From an uncultured delta proteobacterium (GTDB lineage: Bacteria; Myxococcota_A; Polyangia; Haliangiales; Haliangiaceae), in assembly GCA_963848295.1 (NCBI GenBank), contig CAWKDB010000010.1, forward strand, positions 256,001-320,000: a stretch of DNA of 64,000 bases. Reading direction: 5' to 3'. This document shows, piece after piece, positions 43,695 to 52,255 of the stretch. The notes below the pieces were generated by a model, which saw only the letters and a list, made by a program, of their open reading frames with translations, was not told the origin of the DNA and ran no database searches. Both the position numbers and the translations under genes were made by a program. How positions within the stretch are numbered: position 1 is the first letter of the stretch; each line of letters starts with the position of its first letter.

Positions 43695-45331
43695 CCCGGA
43701 TCATTCGCGAAGGGAGCGCGCCGCGAGGAGCGCATCGCCGGAATTTCGGTGCCGGTACGCAGGTTTCGCTGTTTGTGAAGACAAACGAATTTGCCCACGC
43801 ACCGACGACACCGTGTATTCCACCGATCGAGCTTCAGTTCCAGCGCCGCCGCGCGATTCTGAGTGCTGACGCCGAACAGGTGTCCTCCGATGGCGGCGTC
43901 GTGCTGCTGCGCAAGCTCGACGAGCGGTTGGAGCTGACGACGCGTCTGACAGCGTTACTCGGCGATCGGCGCGACTCAGCTCGAGTTCGGCATTCGCGCC
44001 TCGAGCAAGTCCGGCAGCGCGTCTATCAGATCTGCCTCGGCTACGAGGACTGCAACGATGCGGACTGGTTGCGCCACGATCCGGCACTTCGCCTGGCGTG
44101 CGACGCCGAAGATCACGCGATGTCATCGCAGCCGACGCTGTCGCGGTTCGAAAACGCGATCACCGGTCGCGAGCTCAATCGGCTGACTCGCGCCTACGAG
44201 CAGGTCTACGTCGACGAACTCGTATCGACGACCGACCTGATCGTTCTGGACATCGACTCCACCGATGACCAGACCCACGGCAACCAGGAGCTCATGTGTT
44301 TCCACGGCTTCTACGACCAGCACATGCTTCACCCGCTGCTCGTGTTCGACGCCCTGAGTGGGCAGCTGATCACCGCCTTGCTCCGGCCCGGGCGTGCGCA
44401 CGCCGCCAAGGGTGCGATCACGATCCTCACGCGGCTGATTCGAGCCATTCGCCGACGGTGCCCCCACGCAAGCATCCTGGTGCGCGGTGACTCCGCGTTT
44501 GCGATGCCCAAGCTCCTCGATCGCCTCGAGCAGCTTGACGCCGAGCTCGGCGACGTCGAGTACGTGATCGGTGTCGCGAAGAATTCGCGGCTGCTGGAGT
44601 TTGCCAAGCCGCTGCGGTCCTCCGTCGAGGAGGAATTCCTCGACGGCAAGCGATTCGTTCGCCGCTTCACTTGGCTGTCGTACGCCTCGAAGTCCTGGCC
44701 CGCCGAGCGCCACGTGATCTGCAAGGTCGAGCACAGCGAGCGCGGCGAGAATCCGCGATTCGTGGTGACCACGCTCGACGAGTTCTCCCCAGGTCTCATC
44801 TATGACGTCGCCTACTGCGCACGCGGGCAGTCGGAGAACTTCATCAAGGACCTCAAGAACGCGCTCCACGCCGATCGTCTGTCGTGTCACCGCTTCGTCG
44901 CCAACGCCTTCCGTCTCTTGCTGCACGCCATCGCCTACCGCTTGATGCATGCGTTGCGTGCCACCGTCGCGCGCGTCGCCCCTACCACCGAGTATGTCTC
45001 CACCGATCGCGTTCGGCTCGCAACCGCCCAGATGGACACTCTTCGCTTGCGGCTACTCAAGGTCGCGGCTCACGTCACGGCATCCGTCCGCCGCGTCCTC
45101 GTCCGCCTGCCGCGAGCCTTCCCGCTCGCCCACATCTTCTTCGCCGTGGCGCGCGACCTCGGCGTCACGTAGTCGGCGATTCTTTGACAACCAGTGCGCC
45201 GCCTCCCGGATCGCCGACCGTTGCGGCGTGGCGCCGCGGCAACGATGCGAGCTCGCGACGTACCCTGACCGTGCGCGAGGCGGCTCCGCCGCCAAGCGCC
45301 GGTCAGCTGGAGCCATCACGAATGATCCGGG
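43695..45331 (+). mobile_element. IS1380-family insertion sequence, apparently intact
   Basis: IRs CCCGGATCATTCG(C/T)GA at 43695-43710 and 45316-45331; CTAG duplicated at 43691-43694 and 45332-45335. Confidence 0.93.
43775..45172 (+). CDS. IS1380-family DDE transposase
   Basis: SSDGGVVLL, GYEDCND, SQPTLSRFEN, LDIDST, VRGDSAF, RGQSENFIKDLK. Confidence 0.93.
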   Translation: MKTNEFAHAPTTPCIPPIELQFQRRRAILSADAEQVSSDGGVVLLRKLDERLELTTRLTALLGDRRDSARVRHSRLEQVRQRVYQICLGYEDCNDADWLRHDPALRLACDAEDHAMSSQPTLSRFENAITGRELNRLTRAYEQVYVDELVSTTDLIVLDIDSTDDQTHGNQELMCFHGFYDQHMLHPLLVFDALSGQLITALLRPGRAHAAKGAITILTRLIRAIRRRCPHASILVRGDSAFAMPKLLDRLEQLDAELGDVEYVIGVAKNSRLLEFAKPLRSSVEEEFLDGKRFVRRFTWLSYASKSWPAERHVICKVEHSERGENPRFVVTTLDEFSPGLIYDVAYCARGQSENFIKDLKNALHADRLSCHRFVANAFRLLLHAIAYRLMHALRATVARVAPTTEYVSTDRVRLATAQMDTLRLRLLKVAAHVTASVRRVLVRLPRAFPLAHIFFAVARDLGVT

Positions 45332-46702
45332 CTAGAGGATGTAGCGTGTCAGATCTTCGTCCGCGACAAGCGCGCCGAGCCGCTCGCGCACGTACGCCGG
45401 CGTGATCGGAATCGTCTGCTTGCCGATGTCGGGCGCGTTGTAGAGCAAGTCGTCGAGAAGGCGCTCGAGCACGGTGTGCAACCGGCGCGCGCCGATGTCG
45501 TGGGTGCGGCGGTTGACGTCGGCCGCGATCTCGGCCAACTCGCGGATCGCCTCGGGTGTCCACTCGATCGTCACGCCCTCGGTCTCGAGCATCGCGGCGT
45601 ACTGCCGGGTCAGCGCGTTGTTCGGCTCGGTCAGGATCCGCACGAAGTCGTCGGCGGTCAGCGGCGTCAGCTCGACCCGGATCGGGAACCGGCCCTGCAG
45701 CTCGGGGATGAGGTCGCTCGGCTTCGCCATATGGAACGCGCCCGCCGCGATGAACAGCACGTGGTCGGTCTTGACCGGGCCGTACTTCGTGGTCACGGTC
45801 GAGCCCTCGACGATCGGCAGCAAGTCGCGCTGCACGCCCTCGCGCGAGACATCGGCGCCGTGCCGCTCGGCCTTCGTCGCGATCTTGTCGATCTCGTCGA
45901 TGAACACGATGCCGGCTTGCTCGGCGCGCCGCACGGCTTCGCGCGTCGCCGCGTCGTTGTCGATCAGCTTCTCGACTTCCTGCGCGGTCAGCACCGCCCA
46001 CGCCTGCGGCACCTTCAGCTTCTGGCGCTTGGTCTTGCGACCGAACGAGCCGAGCATGTCCTTGAGCCCGCTCATCGCGGATTCATCGATGCCGGGCTGG
46101 CCGCCGAGCACCGACATGAACGGGTTCGAGTCGTCGGTCGTCTCGACCTCGACCTCGCGGTCGTCGAGTTTGCCATCGCGCAGCATCGCGCGCAGCTTCT
46201 CCCTCGTCGCGCTGCTCTCGATCGGGGACGGCGGCTCGCCCGGTCGATCGGTGAATCCGCGACCGCTCGCTCGCGGCAGCAGCAGATCGAGCAAGCGCTC
46301 TTCGCCGGCTTCTTTGGCGCGCGGGCGGACCTTCGCCGCTTCTTCGTCCCGCACGAGCTTGACCGCGACCTCGACGAGATCGCGCACGATCGAATCGACA
46401 TCGCGCCCGACGTAGCCGACCTCGGTGAACTTGCTCGCCTCGACCTTGAGGAACGGCGCGCGCGCGAGCCGCGCCAACCGCCGCGCGATCTCGGTCTTCC
46501 CGACGCCGGTGGGCCCGATCATGATGATGTTCTTCGGCGCGATCTCGTCGCGCAGGTCGCCTTCGACCTGCTGGCGGCGCCAGCGATTGCGCATCGCGAC
46601 CGCGACCGCGCGCTTCGCCTCGCGTTGCCCGACGATGTACTTGTCGAGCTCGACGACGATCTTCGCCGGCGTCAGCGCGGACTCGCCCTCGAGCAAGTTC
46701 AT
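45332..46702 (-). CDS. hslU: ATP-dependent protease ATPase subunit HslU
   Basis: [53 protein letters not shown]. Confidence 0.97.
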   Translation of the reverse strand: MNLLEGESALTPAKIVVELDKYIVGQREAKRAVAVAMRNRWRRQQVEGDLRDEIAPKNIIMIGPTGVGKTEIARRLARLARAPFLKVEASKFTEVGYVGRDVDSIVRDLVEVAVKLVRDEEAAKVRPRAKEAGEERLLDLLLPRASGRGFTDRPGEPPSPIESSATREKLRAMLRDGKLDDREVEVETTDDSNPFMSVLGGQPGIDESAMSGLKDMLGSFGRKTKRQKLKVPQAWAVLTAQEVEKLIDNDAATREAVRRAEQAGIVFIDEIDKIATKAERHGADVSREGVQRDLLPIVEGSTVTTKYGPVKTDHVLFIAAGAFHMAKPSDLIPELQGRFPIRVELTPLTADDFVRILTEPNNALTRQYAAMLETEGVTIEWTPEAIRELAEIAADVNRRTHDIGARRLHTVLERLLDDLLYNAPDIGKQTIPITPAYVRERLGALVADEDLTRYIL

Positions 46703-47247
46703 GGCAGCTCCTCGATCGTGAGGCTGTCGTTCGTGTAGATGCAGATCTCGGCCGCGATCTTCATCGCGGCCTCGGCGATCGCGCGCGGCGCGAGCTCGGT
46801 GTGGCCCATCAGCGCGCGGGCCGCCGCGAGCGCGTAGCTGCCGCCCGAGCCGATCGCGCACACACCGTCGTCGGGCTCGATCACGTCGCCCGAGCCGCTC
46901 AGGATGAACGTCGCTTCGGCGTCGGCGACGATCAGCATCGCCTCGAGCTTGCGCAGCGCCCGGTCGGTGCGCCAGTCCTTCGCGAGCTCGACCGCGGCGC
47001 GCCGCAGCGGCGAGCGTTGCTCGCGCAGCTTGTCGTCGAGCCGTTCGAACAACGCGATCCCGTCGGCGGCCGAGCCGGCGAAGCCACCGATCGCGCGCCC
47101 CTCGCCGAGCCGGCGCACCTTGCGCGCTCCGCCCTTGACGACGGTATTGCCGAGCGTGACCTGGCCGTCACCGGCGACGACGACCTGCGCCCCGCGGCGG
47201 ACGGAGAGGATCGTGGTCGAGTGGATGTCGGGCTGCTTCACCCACAT
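46699..47247 (-). CDS. hslV: ATP-dependent protease peptidase subunit HslV
   Basis: STTILSVR (catalytic Thr), [26 protein letters not shown]. Confidence 0.97.
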   Translation of the reverse strand: MWVKQPDIHSTTILSVRRGAQVVVAGDGQVTLGNTVVKGGARKVRRLGEGRAIGGFAGSAADGIALFERLDDKLREQRSPLRRAAVELAKDWRTDRALRKLEAMLIVADAEATFILSGSGDVIEPDDGVCAIGSGGSYALAAARALMGHTELAPRAIAEAAMKIAAEICIYTNDSLTIEELP

Positions 47248-47259
47248 CGTCTAGCACGG

Positions 47260-49455
47260 TCACAGCCCGCTGGGCTCGGGTTCCCACCATCCGAGCAGGT
47301 CGAAGCCGCTGAAGTTGTAGACCAACACCGACGTCGGGAACGGGAACGTCTCGGTCGCATAGGCGCTCGGCGCGAGGTTGACCGGCGCGTTGATCGTGCC
47401 GTCCCAGTGCGACAGCGTGCCGGTCGAGCTGCCGATGTAGAGGTCGTTGTTGCCGCGCGGCGCGAGGTGCGGCCCGGGGTAGATCGGCAGCGCCACCCAC
47501 GACGTGCCACTCCACTGATACTCATTGCCGCCCTCGACGTCGAGGTACATCGAGCCGTCGAGCCCCGCTTGGAAGTAGAACGCGCTCGAGATGGGGCTGC
47601 CGAGCGCGCCCCAGCCGGTCGCGTCGGTCCATTGATAGAGCGTCTGTGCGGTCGATGACGCACCCATCAGCGCGAATGCGCCATTCGGTGTGACGACGAA
47701 CCCGCTGATCGACACGCCCGCGGGCGGCGGCTTCGCGACCCAGCTGCTGCCTTCGCGGCGATACACCGCGTACACGGTCGGATCACCGCTCTCGGTCGCA
47801 GCCCAGATCTCACTGCCGTACGATCCGAGCACGGCGACGCCCGCCATGTCGGCGACGTACGAGCTGCTACCGGTGTCATAGCGGTACATCTGACCGATGG
47901 CCGCGACGAAGTGCTCGCCCGACACCGGCCCCGCGATCGTTACGCAGTACCCGTGCGACCACGGGTGGCTGATCGCCGTCGCGTTCGGCGCGTACGCGAT
48001 CAGGTTGCTGCCGTCGCACGTCACGAGCGTTCCATCGGGCTCGAGGCTGAGCGACGTCACTGGAACCGTGACCCACGTCGGTCCGAGTCGCCAGGCGGTC
48101 GCGACGCCGTACGCCATCACGCCGCCGTCGCCAGTCCGGACAAGCTTGGTATCGGCGAAGTACTGCGGCGTCGGCAGCGTGACCCGCAAGCCTGCGATGT
48201 GCGCGAACGGGATCGTCTCGTTCACCTCGGAATAGCCTTCGTAGTCGAGCTCGGCGATGTTGCCGTTCGCCGCCACCGCGAACGACGTCGCCGCACTGAT
48301 GTAGTTCGCCGCACCGGTCGTCGCGTCGTACTCCTCGACCTCGCCCTGCGCGCAGCCATCGTCGCCGCAGTCCGGGCCCGAGCCGGCGCTGCCCGAGCCT
48401 GCGCCGACGACGATCGCGGTCGTGCCGCGTAACCCGATCTGACTGGGCGTTGGGCCGAGCCAGCTCGCGGTCATCCAGCCGCTCGGCGTCGTGTTCCACG
48501 CCACCGTGGTCGACGTCACGACCGCGAGCATGCCGGCCCATGCATCGATCGCGACACAGCCGGTCAGCGGCGGTCCGGCGACCGAGGTGACCGAGCCAGC
48601 ACCGGTGATATCGAGCTTCTGGATCGCGCAGCTCGCGTCGATCGTATAGACGGCGGTGCCGTCCGAAACCGCAGCGATCACCGCGCCGACGCCGGGCAAC
48701 TGCGTCCAGCCGCCGACGTCGTAGCGCCAGCTCTCGCTGCTGCCGATGCCGAGCAGTGCGTCGGGCGTCGCGGCGACGAACGCGACGGTGCCGAGGGTCT
48801 GCGAGTCACTGCCACCGTCGAACTGGACCGCGAGCTTACCAGCGTCGATCGCGATCACACCATGGCGGTTCCCGTTGACCGCCGAGACTCTAGCGGTGTT
48901 GTCATCGAACTCGTCGATCCACCCGTAGAACCCGCAGTCGTTCGCGATGTCCGGCGCGCAGAACTTCGAGCAGCCGAGCGCGCCGTAGTCGCGGCCGTAG
49001 TACGCGCACGTCGATGCCGGCGGTGCGGTGTCGCACAGCTCGCCGGCGAGCGCTTGTACGACACCGTCGCCGCAGCGACCGCTACACGTCGACTTGTCGT
49101 AGTCGCACACCGACGTGCAGGTGACCGAGCCCTCGTAATAGCCGAAGTCCGCGCACGACACCGGGACGTCGCTGCCATCGCACGCCTCACCGGGTTCGAG
49201 CACGCCGTTGCCACAGACGCTCTGCTCGCACGCGCCGTCCGCGCACACGCCGTTCGTCATGTCGTAGCTACACGCCGTACCGTCCGCCGCCCCGGAGCAC
49301 GCCGCGAGTTGGTCGGCGGTCGCGCAGTGAATCGCATCTCCGCTGCCGACGCACTCCGCGCCGGCGGGGCAATCGATGTCGCCGCAGCTCGTGAGGTTCG
49401 GCTCGATGCAGCTGGCAAGCGCGATCACGAGGCAGCCGGCGACCGCGAGCTTCAT
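47260..49455 (-). CDS. Lipoprotein with myxobacterial Cys-rich repeats and a probable beta-propeller
   Basis: Lipobox LASC; CGNGVLEPGEACDG and CGDGVVQ..GELCD. Confidence 0.75.
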   Translation of the reverse strand: MKLAVAGCLVIALASCIEPNLTSCGDIDCPAGAECVGSGDAIHCATADQLAACSGAADGTACSYDMTNGVCADGACEQSVCGNGVLEPGEACDGSDVPVSCADFGYYEGSVTCTSVCDYDKSTCSGRCGDGVVQALAGELCDTAPPASTCAYYGRDYGALGCSKFCAPDIANDCGFYGWIDEFDDNTARVSAVNGNRHGVIAIDAGKLAVQFDGGSDSQTLGTVAFVAATPDALLGIGSSESWRYDVGGWTQLPGVGAVIAAVSDGTAVYTIDASCAIQKLDITGAGSVTSVAGPPLTGCVAIDAWAGMLAVVTSTTVAWNTTPSGWMTASWLGPTPSQIGLRGTTAIVVGAGSGSAGSGPDCGDDGCAQGEVEEYDATTGAANYISAATSFAVAANGNIAELDYEGYSEVNETIPFAHIAGLRVTLPTPQYFADTKLVRTGDGGVMAYGVATAWRLGPTWVTVPVTSLSLEPDGTLVTCDGSNLIAYAPNATAISHPWSHGYCVTIAGPVSGEHFVAAIGQMYRYDTGSSSYVADMAGVAVLGSYGSEIWAATESGDPTVYAVYRREGSSWVAKPPPAGVSISGFVVTPNGAFALMGASSTAQTLYQWTDATGWGALGSPISSAFYFQAGLDGSMYLDVEGGNEYQWSGTSWVALPIYPGPHLAPRGNNDLYIGSSTGTLSHWDGTINAPVNLAPSAYATETFPFPTSVLVYNFSGFDLLGWWEPEPSGL

Positions 49456-49530
49456 GCGACCAGTTTCTCATGTTCTCGATTCGAGCCGAGAGATGTGGGC
49501 GCAGCGTGCACATCGTGGCTCGATCGTCGA

Positions 49531-50499
49531 CTACGGCCGCGGCTTCGCCCGCGGATGGGCCTCGTCGTAGACCTTCATCAGGTGATCGAGCGAGACCTTC
49601 GTGTAGATCTGCGTCGACGCGAGGCTCGCGTGACCGAGCAGCTCCTGGATCGAGCGCAAGTCGACACCCTCGTCGAGCAAGTGGGTCGCGAACGAGTGGC
49701 GTAGGCCGTGCGGGGTCGCGCTCGCATGCACGCCCCCCGCGATCGTCCAGCGCTTGACCATGCGCTGCACCGAGCGCGAGGTCAGCCGGCCGCCCGTCGC
49801 ATTGACGAACAGCGCGGTCGAGCTCGCGCCCAGCGCGCGCCGCACCGGGACGTACGCGGTGAGCGCGCGATCCGCCGCGCCCCCGAGCGGCACCTGACGC
49901 GCCTTGCCTCCTTTGCCGCGGCGGACCATCACCATCGGCGTGCCGTGGCGATCACGATCGATATCGGTCGTGTCGAGCGCGCACGCTTCGGAGACGCGCA
50001 AGCCGGTGCCGTACAGCAGCTCGAGCAACGCCTGATCGCGTAGCCGCAGCAGATCGTGACGCGCCGCCTCGCCGGTCGACAGCGCGCGATGCGAGACCCG
50101 GCCGGTGGCGGTCGGCGCCTCGACGAGACGGAACGCATCGTCGACATCGAGCGCGCGCGGCAGACCACGCGGTTTCTTCGGGCCGCGAATCGCGTCCGCC
50201 GGGTTGCCCTCGAGCGCGCCGCGCTTGACGAGGAACCGGCAGAATGCGCGGATGCTCGACAGCTTGCGGCCGATCGTGGCCGGGCCGTTCGCGCCGTAGA
50301 GCGCCGCGAGCTGGCCGCGAACCTCGAGCGCGCTCAACCGCGCGAGCGCCAGGTCACCGCGCTTGGGGTCGCGCTTCGCGCGCAAGTGGTCGCGCAGCGC
50401 GGTCGCGTCGCGCATGTAGACCTCGACCGTGCGCGGCGAGTAGTTGCGCTCGACCGCGAGGTAACGGTCGAACGCGGCGAGCGCGGTGTCCCAATCCAA
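49531..50499 (-). CDS. xerC: Tyrosine recombinase XerC (start uncertain)
   Basis: ERNYSPRT, LYGTGLRVSE, GKGGK.R, PHGLRHSFATHLL, LLGHASLASTQIYT, HPRA; position between trmFO and hslV. Confidence 0.9.
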   Translation of the reverse strand: MDWDTALAAFDRYLAVERNYSPRTVEVYMRDATALRDHLRAKRDPKRGDLALARLSALEVRGQLAALYGANGPATIGRKLSSIRAFCRFLVKRGALEGNPADAIRGPKKPRGLPRALDVDDAFRLVEAPTATGRVSHRALSTGEAARHDLLRLRDQALLELLYGTGLRVSEACALDTTDIDRDRHGTPMVMVRRGKGGKARQVPLGGAADRALTAYVPVRRALGASSTALFVNATGGRLTSRSVQRMVKRWTIAGGVHASATPHGLRHSFATHLLDEGVDLRSIQELLGHASLASTQIYTKVSLDHLMKVYDEAHPRAKPRP

Positions 50500-50545
50500 G
50501 CCGGGAGGATCGCGCGGTCGCCTCGGGCGGGCGAGTTTTCGCCAC

Positions 50546-51928
50546 TCACGCGGCCGTAACGACGGATCGTCCGGCGAGCCAGGTCGTGAAGTCGGCGTGC
50601 GCGCGCTCTGCCATCCGCCGCTTGCGATTGTCTTTGCGCTTGTCGGGCAGTGGCGGCAACAGGCCGTAGTTGACGTTCGTCGGCCCGTACTTGTAGCCGG
50701 GCTCGCGCGCCGCGGTGACGTGCGCGTACAAGCCGCCGAACATCGTCGTCGGCGGCGGCGCCGCGAGTCGCGTACCGCGCAGCTCGGCCGCAAGCATCCA
50801 CGCGACGAGCAGGCCCATCGCGCACGACTCGATGTAGCCCTCGACGCCGGTCAACAGGCCCGCGAACCGCACGCTCGGTCGCGACCGCAGCTCGAACGCG
50901 GGGCCCAGGCGCGCCGGCGCATCGATGTACGTGTTGCGATGGATCGATCCGAAGCGCAGAAACTCGGCCTTCGCGAGCGCCGGGATCAGCTGGAAGATCC
51001 GCTGCTGCTCGGGATACGCGAGCCGGGTCTGAAACCCCACCAGGTTGTACGCGGTCAGGTAGCGATTCTCCGGCCGGAGCTGGACGACCGCCCATGGGCG
51101 AAAGCCGGTGCGCGGATCGCGCAACCCGATCGGTCGCATCGGCCCGAACCGCAGCGTCTGGGGGCCGCGATCGACCATGACCTCGATCGGCATGCAGCTC
51201 TCGAAGTAGCGCGGCTCCTCGAACTCGTGCGGCAACACCTTGCGACCGCCGGCGACGGCCGCGACGAAGTCTTCGTACTGCGCCTTGTTCAGCGGACAGT
51301 TCACGTAGTCACCGACGCCAGAATCCCCTCCGGCCGCGCGCTCGCCATCGCTGTCGCGACCGGGCGCATCGGCATCGCGGCCCCAGCGCGACGCGCGAAA
51401 CGCTTGATCCCAATCGATCGACTCGGCTGCGACGATCGGTGCGATCGCATCGTAGAAGTACATGCGATCGCCGCCGAGCTCGCGCCGGATGACGTCGGCG
51501 AGCGCGCCTTCGGTCAGCGGCCCGGTCGCGACGATCACTGGATGGTCGGGCAGCTCGTCGATCCGGCGGCGCTCGATCCGGATGTTCGGGTGCAGCGCGA
51601 GCCGTTGCGTGATCGCGCGCGCGAACCCGAAGCGCTCGACCGCGAGCGCCTGCCCTGCCGGCACTCTGTGCTGATCGGCGCACGCGATCACGAGCGAGCC
51701 CGCGCGCCGCAGCTCTTGCTTGAGGAGGCCCGCCGGCGCGACCGGGTCGTCGCTGCGCAGCGAGTTGGAGCACACGAGCTCGCCCAGCAGCGGCGATTGA
51801 TGGGCCGGCGACATCGCGCACGGCTTCATCTCGACGAGCGCGACCCGCAGTCCAGCCTCGGCGAGCTGCCAAGCGGCCTCGCAGCCGGCCATCCCGCCGC
51901 CGACGACGGTGACATCGATCGCGGTCAC
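50546..51928 (-). CDS. trmFO: tRNA m5U54 methyltransferase (FADH2/folate-dependent)
   Basis: GGGMAGCEAAWQ, ELVCSNSL, FYDAIAP, VGFQTRL, GVEGYIES. Confidence 0.96.
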   Translation of the reverse strand: MTAIDVTVVGGGMAGCEAAWQLAEAGLRVALVEMKPCAMSPAHQSPLLGELVCSNSLRSDDPVAPAGLLKQELRRAGSLVIACADQHRVPAGQALAVERFGFARAITQRLALHPNIRIERRRIDELPDHPVIVATGPLTEGALADVIRRELGGDRMYFYDAIAPIVAAESIDWDQAFRASRWGRDADAPGRDSDGERAAGGDSGVGDYVNCPLNKAQYEDFVAAVAGGRKVLPHEFEEPRYFESCMPIEVMVDRGPQTLRFGPMRPIGLRDPRTGFRPWAVVQLRPENRYLTAYNLVGFQTRLAYPEQQRIFQLIPALAKAEFLRFGSIHRNTYIDAPARLGPAFELRSRPSVRFAGLLTGVEGYIESCAMGLLVAWMLAAELRGTRLAAPPPTTMFGGLYAHVTAAREPGYKYGPTNVNYGLLPPLPDKRKDNRKRRMAERAHADFTTWLAGRSVVTAA

Positions 51929-51951
51929 GCCTGCGACGATAGCGCAGGCGG

Positions 51952-52251
51952 CTAGCGATCGAGCAAGCGCGCCGACGGAATCCCGTCGCGCATGCCCGCC
52001 GTCCACATGTGGCGTGGCACGAGCGGGCCCCTGTCACGCCGCAGGAACTCGCCCCGGCAGGCAGAGCAGCGATAAAGCGACTCGATCCAGCGCTTGCCAT
52101 CGGGCTCGAACAATCGGCGTGTCGCGAGGTGGCGGAGCAGCTTGGTTCCACAGCTCGGACAGGGCCGGCGGCGTAGCGAGAACGCAGCACCGGCGAGAAA
52201 CGCGGCGTAGGTCACCGCGAATGCGCCGACGATCGCGCCGACCTCCCACAT
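51952..52251 (-). CDS. Small membrane-anchored zinc-ribbon protein
   Basis: N-terminal TM helix; CPSC...CSAC; fills the topA-trmFO gap. Confidence 0.5.
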   Translation of the reverse strand: MWEVGAIVGAFAVTYAAFLAGAAFSLRRRPCPSCGTKLLRHLATRRLFEPDGKRWIESLYRCSACRGEFLRRDRGPLVPRHMWTAGMRDGIPSARLLDR

Positions 52252-52255
52252 CGAG

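Noticed and set aside
49531..50499. Phage or island integrase
   Set aside because: Its sequence and position in topA-trmFO-xerC-hslVU indicate housekeeping XerC, and there are no phage genes nearby.
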